A stretch of DNA of 20,735 nt from Candidatus Bathyarchaeota archaeon (GCA_963775685.1 CAVZJV010000013.1:1-20735), one strand, 5' to 3'; shown: positions 1 through 8,695, numbered from the stretch's first letter. Notes: generated from the letters alone by a model not told the origin. Made by a program: numbers and translations.

Positions 1-21
1 TTCTAGTATTACGGTGTTTTT

Positions 22-891
22 CTGCCAATATCTAGGAGAGAGTTTATTAAAATTGGCGCTGCAGCAGCAATTGGGGCTGGAGTCGCAAGTGCAATCGAAA
101 TTCCAATTCTGGAAAATGCAATAAATAATGATGACTCCAAAATTAAGCAGCTGCAAAGCCAGATTACTCAGAGTCAAGGCTTCCTGGCTCTAAATCCTTC
201 CGAACAAGTGACAGTTGAAGCTTTGTCTGAAGCCATTATTCCCTCTGATAGCACGGGTCCAGGTGCAAAAGAAGCCGGAGTCATCTACTTCATTGACCGC
301 ATGTTAGCAGGGAATTTTGGTAAGGGCGGTAATATGTTTTTACAAGGACCCTTTGTTACCCCTCAGTCTGGGTCAGTTACAGTTATGGGCGCAAATTATC
401 CCAATCAAACAAAGACTGCCATTACATATTCGGGCGGCACAATAACACCGGATCTACAAGCTGGAACAGCTTATCAGTATGCTTTTAATCCAAGAGAGTT
501 CTGGCGACGCGGACTAGTCGCCCTTGAAGACTACTGTACTGCGGCAAAAGGCGGAAAGTTCGAAACTCTGGATTCTGCCACGCAAACAACGGTGCTTCAA
601 GAAATGTATGACAACAGCGCTGACAACACTCCGTTGCAAACTGCTTTTCAAGGTCCAAACGCAGCAGAATTCTTCAACGAAATCTACGACATGGTTATCG
701 CAGGTTTCTGGGTAGATCCAATTTATGGCGGAAACCAAGGTATGGTGGGTTGGGAACTGATAGCTTTTAATGCCAATTATTGGGGGGACGACATAGGCTT
801 GGGCGCAATGAAGTTGATGGTTGCAAGTACACCTACACGGGTGCCTCCAAAGAGTCTTGGTCAACTTACAAAAGAAGGAGGAGGAGAATAA
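22..891 (+). CDS. Gluconate 2-dehydrogenase subunit 3 family protein (small subunit of a GMC dehydrogenase) with Tat signal peptide
   Basis: Family-type motifs IIPSDSTGPGAKEAGVIYFIDRML and GFWVDPIYGGNQGMVGW. The frame is open upstream of the tracked GTG (208) back to TAG at 4-6 and encodes SRREFIK (31-51) plus a hydrophobic stretch GAAAAIGAGVASA. Start placed at CTG 22, which follows GGTG at 13-16. Confidence 0.85.
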   Translation: MPISRREFIKIGAAAAIGAGVASAIEIPILENAINNDDSKIKQLQSQITQSQGFLALNPSEQVTVEALSEAIIPSDSTGPGAKEAGVIYFIDRMLAGNFGKGGNMFLQGPFVTPQSGSVTVMGANYPNQTKTAITYSGGTITPDLQAGTAYQYAFNPREFWRRGLVALEDYCTAAKGGKFETLDSATQTTVLQEMYDNSADNTPLQTAFQGPNAAEFFNEIYDMVIAGFWVDPIYGGNQGMVGWELIAFNANYWGDDIGLGAMKLMVASTPTRVPPKSLGQLTKEGGGE

Positions 892-2718
892 ATGTCAAGT
901 CCAATTTACCATCCCCAAACCGATGTGGTAGTCTGCGGATTAGGCCACACTGGAGGTCCGATAGCTGCAGAACTAACCGCGGCCGGGTACAACGTTGTGG
1001 GAATAGAGAAGGGTCCATTCTGGGACTATAGAACTGACTGGCGGCAAGACCAAAAAGACGACGAATGGGCAATTACCGTGGAGAGAAAGTTTGATCACCC
1101 ACTCTACATCTCCACTTTCACTCTACGCAACAATATAAACCAATTCGCTTTGCCTATAAGACGATACACAAAACAAAGGCAATACCACGCGTTAGGTCAT
1201 GGAGTGGGTGGTGCTGGAACTCACTATGCTGGTGCCTTAGGAAGGTATTCCCCTTGGTCTTACTCGCCAGTAACCATGACCAAGGCAAAGTATGGCGACG
1301 CAGGATACAATACAATATTAAGCAACGTAAAAGGTGGCACGCCTGACATTGAAGATTGGCCAGTTACCTACGAAGAAATGGTGCCCTACTATGATGCTTG
1401 GGAAAAAGCCCTTGGCGTATCAGGAAACATGCAGACAGGTCAAGACCCTTTCATACCTAACGCAAGATTCCCAATGCCCCCTCATCCAACCACGCCACAT
1501 GCTACTATTTACAAAAATGCTGTCGAAAGCTTAGGATACACACCATTTAATTCAGTAAGCGGTTTAATAAGCGGTGGATACGTCAACCAGTATGGTATTG
1601 GTCGGAACGCCTGTGTTTACTGTGGTTGGTGCGGTGGTCGTTGCAACTACCCATGCGAAGTAGGTGCCAAAAGTAGTTCTCACGTGACTACTGTTCCAGC
1701 GGCTATGGCAACAGGCAAGTTTGACATGCGCCTTGATTCCTATATATTCCGCATAGATACCGATAGCACGGGAAAAGCAACTGGTGTAAGATACTACGAT
1801 GCTATGGGCAACGTACATACCCAGCCAGCCAAGGTGGTTTTCAACGGTATTTGGGGCTTCAACATTATACGACTAATGCGTTTATCAGGAATTGGCACTC
1901 CATATAACCCTGTAACTCACACGGGCTCGTTGGGAAGAGGATTAGCAAATGGCTACACTCCCTCAACTTCGAGTGCAAGCATAGAGCTAAACGTAGGTGC
2001 CAATGCATACGTCAGCGGAAACGCGTCAGGCGGCGGATACAGCATAATGGACTTAAACGAAGTTAACCCAGCATTTAGCCACGCAGATGACTTAACTTTT
2101 ATGGGCGGAGTTAATTTGGGATTTGGAAACTACATAGGAGGTGGGCCATCCACATTCTCGGCTCATTTGCCTGGTAGAACCAGCTTTGGAAGTACATGGA
2201 AAGCAGGTCTGAAAGACGAAAAAATACCCTCAAAAATCAGAGCAACACTTTCAGGAACTGGACCAAATTTACCACTTCTTGAAAACTACGTTGATTTAGA
2301 CCCGCATTACACAGATATCTATGGGGACCCAGGTGCCAGAGTTACCTTAGACTGGGATGCCAACACTTACCGCGTCTCAAACTACCTAGTAAACAAGACA
2401 ACTCTTATCACTGACATTCTTAAAAAGATGGGCGACCCATCAACCCTCAAGGTAAACCCCGTTGATGAACTTTCGCAACATGTGGATTGGTGGGGGCATC
2501 ATCAACGTGGAGGAGCAAGAACAGGAACAAACCCAGCAACATCGGTTTTTAACAAATGGATGCAATGCTGGACGAGTGAAAACTTGTTTGCTGCAAGCGA
2601 AATCTGCGATACCTTCGGAGATAACTTGACTGCGGGGACTCATGTTGCTGGAGCCATGGCTTATCTAGCGGCTGACGGCATAAAGAAGTACCTGCAAAAT
2701 CCAGGCCCACTGGTGTAG
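892..2718 (+). CDS. GMC oxidoreductase, gluconate 2-dehydrogenase flavoprotein (alpha)-like subunit with Fe-S Cys cluster
   Basis: N-terminal dinucleotide-binding VVVCGLGHTGG...VVGIEKG. GVGGAGTHY is the flavin attachment loop with His. Also DWPVTYEEMVPYYD, CVYCGWCGGRCNYPC, YVDLDPHYTDIYGDP and C-terminal HHQRGGARTG. Strong SD (GGAGGAGGAG) and abuts the small-subunit stop. Confidence 0.9.
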   Translation: MSSPIYHPQTDVVVCGLGHTGGPIAAELTAAGYNVVGIEKGPFWDYRTDWRQDQKDDEWAITVERKFDHPLYISTFTLRNNINQFALPIRRYTKQRQYHALGHGVGGAGTHYAGALGRYSPWSYSPVTMTKAKYGDAGYNTILSNVKGGTPDIEDWPVTYEEMVPYYDAWEKALGVSGNMQTGQDPFIPNARFPMPPHPTTPHATIYKNAVESLGYTPFNSVSGLISGGYVNQYGIGRNACVYCGWCGGRCNYPCEVGAKSSSHVTTVPAAMATGKFDMRLDSYIFRIDTDSTGKATGVRYYDAMGNVHTQPAKVVFNGIWGFNIIRLMRLSGIGTPYNPVTHTGSLGRGLANGYTPSTSSASIELNVGANAYVSGNASGGGYSIMDLNEVNPAFSHADDLTFMGGVNLGFGNYIGGGPSTFSAHLPGRTSFGSTWKAGLKDEKIPSKIRATLSGTGPNLPLLENYVDLDPHYTDIYGDPGARVTLDWDANTYRVSNYLVNKTTLITDILKKMGDPSTLKVNPVDELSQHVDWWGHHQRGGARTGTNPATSVFNKWMQCWTSENLFAASEICDTFGDNLTAGTHVAGAMAYLAADGIKKYLQNPGPLV

Positions 2719-2753
2719 TCAAGTTCAAAAACTCCTTATCTTTCTTTGTATGT

Positions 2754-3326
2754 GTGTTAAGCATGAGTAATAGAAATCAAGGCTTCTTAGACCACCTTAG
2801 CAGTGTCATAACGATTATTCCGCAAAAATATGTTGATGCATTACTGGTTCTTCACAGTAAGCTTGACGACAAAGAAACCAAGTGGGTTGTAAGCGGCGAC
2901 TTGGCAGAGTGCCTAAGACTGGTTAAAGTTGACCCTGACTGCATAGAAATTGTCACGTCCCAGAGGGGGGCAGAGCAAATCTTTGAAGCTGTACAAGAAT
3001 TTGTACTTCAGAAAATCAGTATCCAAACACGGCGGCTTCCAAGAGACGCTGTAGTTGGAGAAGAAAAGTTACCCGTTTACGCCAGAAGCCACTATTTTGA
3101 ATTCAAAATAAAGGATGTAACTGTTAAAGTTCAAGGTGACTTACAATTCAAAGTTGGCGAATGGGATTGGGGTGAGGTTTTTGATTTTGACCCCGAATAC
3201 GTTTATGTCGCTGGAAAAAAAACCGCTGTGACTCCGTTTCCCATTCAATATGAACTCTACCAAATGTTAGGTTGGGCGGACAGGGCAGAAAAAATAGCGG
3301 CAATCCTTAAGCCTTGCGTAAAATAG
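2754..3326 (+). CDS. Hypothetical protein, probable nucleotidyltransferase-fold with degenerate motif
   Basis: 190-aa ORF. WVVSGDLAECLRLVKVDPDCIEIVT resembles the W-x-x-x-G-S...P-x-D-I-D-I pattern of minimal nucleotidyltransferases. The start may be the ATG at 2763. Confidence 0.55.
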   Translation: MLSMSNRNQGFLDHLSSVITIIPQKYVDALLVLHSKLDDKETKWVVSGDLAECLRLVKVDPDCIEIVTSQRGAEQIFEAVQEFVLQKISIQTRRLPRDAVVGEEKLPVYARSHYFEFKIKDVTVKVQGDLQFKVGEWDWGEVFDFDPEYVYVAGKKTAVTPFPIQYELYQMLGWADRAEKIAAILKPCVK

Positions 3327-4229
3327 TTAGATGAAAAAGATTTTGTCCAAAATTAACCCTAACAGCAATAATGCAAGATATGGCATTGAAGCTATGAATG
3401 CTTTGAACCCGCTGGTTTCTGAGGCTGAAAATAGTAAGCCGCGGTTTTGGAAAAGAAATCCACCTCCAACCGTGACTGCAAATCCCAAGTAAACTGCGCC
3501 TGTTAACCCGAGCAGCGGAAATAGAAACGAGAATGCAACTGTTAAGGCATTTAAAACAAAAACGACGATTGCAGCTCTGCTTATTCCAACTTTAACTGGC
3601 AGCATAGGAATTCCTGCTGATTTGTATTCTTTCATTTTTTTAATCGCTAAACCCCAAAGATGCCCAGGGGTCCAAAGAAAATCCAGCGCTCCAATTATTA
3701 ACACCGTTAAACTCAGCGTGCCAGCGGCTGCTGCCCAACCTGCAAACCCCGCGAAACAGCCTGCAAAACCACCGATCACCACGTTCCATGGGCTTTTGCG
3801 TTTGAGCCAAACAGTGTAGACAGGCAAGTAAAAGACAAGTCCTAACGCGAGCATTACAAAAGTTAAGAGGTTAAAGAAGACGTAAGAGACTGCAAAGCTA
3901 ACTGCGATTAAGGCTGTTCCAAAGGTTAGGGCTTTGGTTGTTGTAATATACCCTGCAGGGATTGCTCTTTTTGATGTGCGTGTCATTATTTTGTCTACGT
4001 CATGGTCGTAGACGCTGTTTAGGACGCCGCAGCCGCCTGCTGCCAAGTAACCTACTATGGCGAAAACTGTAAGGTTTAACCAGTTAACGGTTGGATACGC
4101 AGCTAGCAGAAAGCATGTTACTCCAACAAGCAAGTTTAAGAGAGTTACCTTGGGCTTTGTTAACTCAAGGTATTTGGCTATTTTTTGTTTCATGAGTTTA
4201 ATAGTTCCTCTATTGAGGGTTAAATTCAC
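3327..4229 (-). CDS. ctaB: Protoheme IX farnesyltransferase (heme O synthase)
   Basis: Motifs LTKP, LNSVYDHDVDKIMTRTSKRAIPAG, YTVWLKRKSPWNVVIGG and WTPGHLWGLA...EYKSAGIPMLP, with multiple TM helices. Alternative start is the ATG at 4193. Confidence 0.95.
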   Translation of the reverse strand: MNLTLNRGTIKLMKQKIAKYLELTKPKVTLLNLLVGVTCFLLAAYPTVNWLNLTVFAIVGYLAAGGCGVLNSVYDHDVDKIMTRTSKRAIPAGYITTTKALTFGTALIAVSFAVSYVFFNLLTFVMLALGLVFYLPVYTVWLKRKSPWNVVIGGFAGCFAGFAGWAAAAGTLSLTVLIIGALDFLWTPGHLWGLAIKKMKEYKSAGIPMLPVKVGISRAAIVVFVLNALTVAFSFLFPLLGLTGAVYLGFAVTVGGGFLFQNRGLLFSASETSGFKAFIASMPYLALLLLGLILDKIFFI

Positions 4230-4747
4230 ATTCCAGTTCCGTTGCCTGAAACAGTTTTGATGATGACTGAGCCGTACATTCCGGCTTCAGCGTTTCCTGG
4301 AATTGGGCAAGTGTAGAAGAATGCCGAGCCTGCGCGGTTTGGTGTGAAAATTACTGTTCCTTGTTGACCCGGTTGAAGGGGATTTGTAGTTGAGCCGATT
4401 TCAGCGTTAAATAGTGTTGTTGCACCTGTTCGAGGGGCGGTGGTTATGGCGAAAGCGTGCGGAATCTTGCCGGCGTTAACGACCGTTATATTCACAACAT
4501 CGGAGGTTTTGAATCTAATTGTGGGGCCAGGCGAAGATAGTGTATCTGGCGTGTAACCAAAGCCGTATTTGCCTTCTGATATTTCGCCCTCGTATAGCAA
4601 AATGTTCACTGTCGGGGTCTTGCCTGAAACATCTGGACTTACCGTTAACGGCGGCTGCATGTTGAAGACAAACATTGACATCGCTGCAAAGTACAAAACT
4701 GCTGCAAGAACAACGACTGCGACAAGTGATAGGGTTGATTTACTCGT
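4226..4747 (-). CDS. Membrane-anchored cupredoxin (sulfocyanin/rusticyanin-like), second copy, with His-to-Asn change in the Cu site
   Basis: PGPTIRFKTSDVVNITVVNAGKIPHAF and YTCPIPGNAEAGMYG. The frame extends 17 codons upstream of the tracked TTG (4696) through SKSTLSLVAVVVLAAVL to ACG at 4747. Confidence 0.8.
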   Translation of the reverse strand, partial: TSKSTLSLVAVVVLAAVLYFAAMSMFVFNMQPPLTVSPDVSGKTPTVNILLYEGEISEGKYGFGYTPDTLSSPGPTIRFKTSDVVNITVVNAGKIPHAFAITTAPRTGATTLFNAEIGSTTNPLQPGQQGTVIFTPNRAGSAFFYTCPIPGNAEAGMYGSVIIKTVSGNGTGM

Positions 4748-4752
4748 TGGTG

Positions 4753-5022
4753 TTACATCCCCATTGCAATGGTCATGGCTGAGGAAACTCCGAGAAAAAC
4801 TACGCCTACAATGGCGGCTAAAGGTAAACTGGCAAGTCGGATTCCTTCGTAACGTAGGTGCTGATAGTAGAGAGCTATGGCTATGGCTTTAGCAGAGGCG
4901 ACCAAACTTATCACTAGCACAATCAAAGCTGCTGTTCCAGGCAAAGACCGAATCACAACTTCCATGACGGTTGCTATTACAAGTCCCAGCCAGATTCCAA
5001 CATACATTTTTATTCCAGGCAT
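4753..5022 (-). CDS. coxD: Cytochrome c oxidase subunit IV (prokaryotic CtaF/COX4_pro type)
   Basis: 89 aa, three hydrophobic segments, motifs YVGIWLGLVIATVMEV and KAIAIALYYQHLRYE. Lies directly after subunit III. Confidence 0.85.
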   Translation of the reverse strand: MPGIKMYVGIWLGLVIATVMEVVIRSLPGTAALIVLVISLVASAKAIAIALYYQHLRYEGIRLASLPLAAIVGVVFLGVSSAMTIAMGM

Positions 5023-5032
5023 ATTTTTTCAC

Positions 5033-5806
5033 CTAAATTAGATAGAAGAGCGGAAAGAGAAGCATCCAAACTATGTCCACAAAGTGCCAGTACAAGCCGA
5101 TGTTCTCGACGGCAACATGCTTTGTGCTGGTGAAATCTCCTCTAGAGGTTCTAAACATAAGATACCCCACCGCCACTAAACCCACCGCAACGTGCATGCC
5201 GTGAAGCCCAGTTAACACATAGTAACTTGAAGCTGGCAAACCGCTGTTTATTGTGAAGCCGTTGCGGATAAGCTCGGGCCATTCAAACCCAAATTTAATA
5301 ACTAAAAAAGTAACTCCCAATGCGAATGTTCCAATTAAACCAATTTTTAATCCCTTTAAGTTTCCAGACTTAACAAAATAGAGCGCCAAAACGATTGCTA
5401 AGCTGCTGGTGAGTAGGGTAATGGTGTTGCTCATTCCCAGGAGCACGTTGTGGGTTTGCGTGGCAACTGGCCATGAACTGCTGTTTACGCGGACATATAC
5501 GTAAGCAACGATTAGGGAGCCGAAAATAAGGATTTCAGATGTAAGAAAAACCCATAGTCCAAGTTTTTCTTTACTGACTGATTCAAGCGGAAACTTTTCT
5601 TCCTCGGACTCTTTACCTTCAACGAACTTTTCTTCAGCTCCATCTTTGAAAAGTTTATACAACCCCGCGACAACGATAACTAATCCTGCCACGAAAAGGG
5701 GAATAAAGATTGCAAGCCCAAGCAGCATTAAAGCAACGCCTGCTGCAATTATTATCGGAGTATAGGTTGGTGGGGTTTCTTCGGATTGTTTTTCTTGGTC
5801 GGTCAT
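5033..5806 (-). CDS. coxC: Heme-copper oxidase subunit III
   Basis: LGLWVFLTSEILIFGSL, NTITLLTSS, YYVLTGLHGMHVAVG and LYWHFVDIVW. ATGA overlap with the coxA stop at 5803-5806. Confidence 0.95.
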   Translation of the reverse strand: MTDQEKQSEETPPTYTPIIIAAGVALMLLGLAIFIPLFVAGLVIVVAGLYKLFKDGAEEKFVEGKESEEEKFPLESVSKEKLGLWVFLTSEILIFGSLIVAYVYVRVNSSSWPVATQTHNVLLGMSNTITLLTSSLAIVLALYFVKSGNLKGLKIGLIGTFALGVTFLVIKFGFEWPELIRNGFTINSGLPASSYYVLTGLHGMHVAVGLVAVGYLMFRTSRGDFTSTKHVAVENIGLYWHFVDIVWMLLFPLFYLI

Positions 5807-7419
5807 GATGCCTGCTCCTTTTCGGTTGACTTTGATGTTTCATTTTTGTCCAATGTTTCATTAGCTATGTTTTCTTTTTTTGTGGATTTTGCTGGTTTGG
5901 CAGTGGCTTCTTGTGCGTTGTAGTTTTGTGTCCATTCCATCTCAGTGGATTCCCAGGGATTGGGACCTGAGGGCTCATTTTTTCTGTAGCTAATAATGAG
6001 GTTAAGGATAGTGAGTAGAATGGCTGGTCCAAACACGAAGGCGCCGATTGTTGCATCCAAATTCAAAGATGCCCACCCAGAAACTACTGAGTATGTGGAT
6101 ATTCGTCTGGGCATATCTAAAAGCAAGAAGTATGGCAGGTACAGGATGTTGAATCCGATAAATGAGATGGCGCAGGTTATTTTGCCGAAGGTTTCGTTGT
6201 ATTTGCGTTTAGTTATTTTTGGCCACCAGTAGTAGAGGCCTGCTATGAGTCCAAAGAGTGTGGTTCCCGCCATGACGTAGTGGAAGTGACCTACCACCCA
6301 ATAGGTGCCTCGGAAAGCAAAGTCCAAAACTGGAAACGCCTGCAAAACCCCTGTGACACCGCCTAAAGTGACGGTGAACATTGCGGCTAAACAAAACAGC
6401 ATGGGCGTTGTTAGTTTTATGCGGCCTTTGTAGAGTGTTAACACTAACCCTATGACTAACCCTTCAAACGGTATGGAAATGGCCATGGTGGTTATCGAGA
6501 ATGTTTGGAGTATGTCATAGTTTACGCCTGTGGTGAACATGTGGTGCATCCAAACGCCCACGCTAAGAAAAGTCACCGCGGCAAACTCTATTATGAAAAT
6601 TTTTCTTGCAAAGAGCTGTTTTTTAGCAAAAGTCATGAAAACCTCTGCAATTATGCCTATTGCAGGAAACACTACGATGTAGACTTCGGGGTGCCCAAAA
6701 AACCAGAAAAGCTCATCCCACAATATGCTGCCGCCAGCCGTGGAGCTAAAGAAGACGGTTCCGAGAATTCTATCTGATGTTAGAAGGGTAACTCCTGCCG
6801 CTAATGGGGGAAAAGCGAAGAGCGCCAGAGCCATAGTGAACAGAACTGACCAGGTGAAGATGGGTAGTCGGGTCCATGTTACGCCTTTGGCTCGTTTTAA
6901 TACAATAGTTGTGATAAAGTTGATTGAAGCCATAGTAATGGAGATGGCTAAGAATGCTAGTCCCAAAATAGCAAGTGTTGCTCCCACTTGAGGAGTGAAC
7001 TCTATTGTGTTTAAGGGCGCATAGAGCGTCCAGCCTGTGTTAGCAGTCCCTCCAGGCATAAAGACCGAGCTGACCAATATGATTCCACTGAAAAGATACA
7101 TCCAGTAGCTTGTAGCATTTAGGCGTGGAAACGCCAAGTCCTTTGCGCCTATCTGAAGCGGCACAATATAGTTTGCTATTCCAATACCCAAAGCTGAAAG
7201 AACCCAGAGAATCATTAAGAGCCCATGGAGTGTGACGACTTGGTCGTAGATGAAGGGTTCAAGAAACGTTTCGTTTGGGGTGGCAAGCTGCGTTCTTACA
7301 AGTTCACCTAGTGAACCCGCCACAATAAGGAAAAAAACCGACGTTACAATGTAGAGTATGCCTATTCTTTTGTGGTTGGTTATTGTTAGCCATTCTTTTA
7401 GGGAGAATCCACTATACAA
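5803..7419 (-). CDS. coxA: Heme-copper oxygen reductase subunit I, A1-type
   Basis: All six His ligands are present (TLHG, GHPEVY, WMHH, GHFH). Also NHKRIG, GAKDLAFPRLN, GWTLYAPL and MPRR. Confidence 0.97.
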   Translation of the reverse strand: MYSGFSLKEWLTITNHKRIGILYIVTSVFFLIVAGSLGELVRTQLATPNETFLEPFIYDQVVTLHGLLMILWVLSALGIGIANYIVPLQIGAKDLAFPRLNATSYWMYLFSGIILVSSVFMPGGTANTGWTLYAPLNTIEFTPQVGATLAILGLAFLAISITMASINFITTIVLKRAKGVTWTRLPIFTWSVLFTMALALFAFPPLAAGVTLLTSDRILGTVFFSSTAGGSILWDELFWFFGHPEVYIVVFPAIGIIAEVFMTFAKKQLFARKIFIIEFAAVTFLSVGVWMHHMFTTGVNYDILQTFSITTMAISIPFEGLVIGLVLTLYKGRIKLTTPMLFCLAAMFTVTLGGVTGVLQAFPVLDFAFRGTYWVVGHFHYVMAGTTLFGLIAGLYYWWPKITKRKYNETFGKITCAISFIGFNILYLPYFLLLDMPRRISTYSVVSGWASLNLDATIGAFVFGPAILLTILNLIISYRKNEPSGPNPWESTEMEWTQNYNAQEATAKPAKSTKKENIANETLDKNETSKSTEKEQAS

Positions 7420-7423
7420 TTTT

Positions 7424-8092
7424 TTAGCCTCCTGAGGTTGGGTTTTGAACTGTCTGGTTGTTTAGCCATTGGTTAAAAACGGTTGGATCCATAACTGTAA
7501 GAGTCGCAGTCATGTACGTATGTCCGATGCCACAGAGTTCATAACAGCGTATGGTGTAATTGAGCTGGCTGTTTCCGTTCAAGAGTGGGGTAGTTATTCC
7601 CATAATATTATATCTGCCTGGTATGGCATCAACTTTTTCCCTGAAATCCATAAGCCCAAAATTATGCATCACATCGTCGCTTGTGACGTTAAAAATAATG
7701 CTTTTGCCTGAGGGAACATAACATTCTGCTACGGAGTAAGCTCCGGTAGGGTATGAGAAATTGAAATACCATTGTTTTGCCACGACGTCTATAACTAAGC
7801 TTTGAGAAACCGGTGGAGGAAATCGCTCATTAGGTGTTAGCCTGTAAGATGCTATAGTTAACCCTGATAAGATAATGATGGAGATTGCTGCGAAAACAAC
7901 GGCTTCTCGGGCTCTTGTTTTTGAGACGCCAAATTGGGTAATAAATTTAGGCTGCCCTTTTTTCTCGCGGTATTTTATGGCAAAATAGACCATTGTACCC
8001 AAAACTACGGCGACCGCCACTACCGCTATATATGCAGCTAAATTGAACAGATTATTCCAATCTGCCGTGGAAGGAGGCATAGGCTGTGGCAT
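7424..8092 (-). CDS. coxB: Cytochrome c oxidase subunit II with CuA site
   Basis: Two TM helices, QWYFNFSYP, SDDVMHNF and a complete CuA motif CYELCGIGHTYM. No C-terminal CxxCH cytochrome c domain. Confidence 0.95.
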   Translation of the reverse strand: MPQPMPPSTADWNNLFNLAAYIAVVAVAVVLGTMVYFAIKYREKKGQPKFITQFGVSKTRAREAVVFAAISIIILSGLTIASYRLTPNERFPPPVSQSLVIDVVAKQWYFNFSYPTGAYSVAECYVPSGKSIIFNVTSDDVMHNFGLMDFREKVDAIPGRYNIMGITTPLLNGNSQLNYTIRCYELCGIGHTYMTATLTVMDPTVFNQWLNNQTVQNPTSGG

Positions 8093-8221
8093 GACGTCAT
8101 CCTGCTTTTTTTATTTAATGAAACAAAAGAAAAGGGGATTTTAAAAAATTAGAGGCTTATGTTCTGTGTGTCATCATTGGGTTTGTTCGAGGTAACTGTT
8201 TGTGTTGGTTTCGTGTGTTGC

Positions 8222-8695
8222 TTATGTCGTTATATTAACGGTGCCCCACATTCCAAGGGCAACGTGACCTGGCACGGGACAAATGTAGTAGAAGGTTCCA
8301 GCTTGATTTGGCGTAAACGTTATCGATCCAGATGCTCCTGGTGCTAAATAGGTTGTTGAGGCAATTTTGGCGCCAAAGAGTACTTGTGAACCAGTTGCTT
8401 TTTCGCTGGTTATTTCCCATGCATGAGGCATTGTTCCTGAGTTTGTTAGAGTTATTTTGTATGCTTGGCCAACCTTAAGATCTAAAGTTGGTCCAGGTGA
8501 GGCTATGTTGCTTGAGCTGGTTCCGAAACCGTATGTTGCGCTGTTGACTTCTCCCGCGTATAGTGTTAGTTGTGTAGCGTTGGATGGAGCTGATGGATTC
8601 ATCATTAATGCAACAACAACTCCAACTACAACGATTATTATCACTATAATGACTATCCCTACGTACAATCCTGTTCTGCTTTTACCTTTTGACAT
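8222..8695 (-). CDS. Membrane-anchored type-1 blue copper protein (sulfocyanin/rusticyanin-like cupredoxin)
   Basis: N-terminal TM anchor, PGPTLDL, NSGTMPHAW and YICPVPGHVALGMWG give the intact His/Cys/His/Met ligand set. First gene of the oxidase cluster. Confidence 0.9.
   Translation of the reverse strand: MSKGKSRTGLYVGIVIIVIIIVVVGVVVALMMNPSAPSNATQLTLYAGEVNSATYGFGTSSSNIASPGPTLDLKVGQAYKITLTNSGTMPHAWEITSEKATGSQVLFGAKIASTTYLAPGASGSITFTPNQAGTFYYICPVPGHVALGMWGTVNITT

Noticed and set aside
514-2764. Short alternative-frame and antisense ORFs inside the GMC pair (similar ones lie inside cox, thermosome and MFS genes)
   Set aside because: They are fully nested in well-supported genes and have no motifs.
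8091-8100. Perfect palindrome ATGACGTCAT at the coxB start
   Set aside because: A single 10-bp palindrome is expected by chance in 20 kb, and there is no second copy.
8155-8227. 8-bp direct repeat GCTTATGT (8155-8162, 8220-8227) and a minus-strand ATGATGA box C-like motif
   Set aside because: There is no CTGA box D at suitable distance and no terminal inverted repeats, so it is too weak for an sRNA or insertion call.
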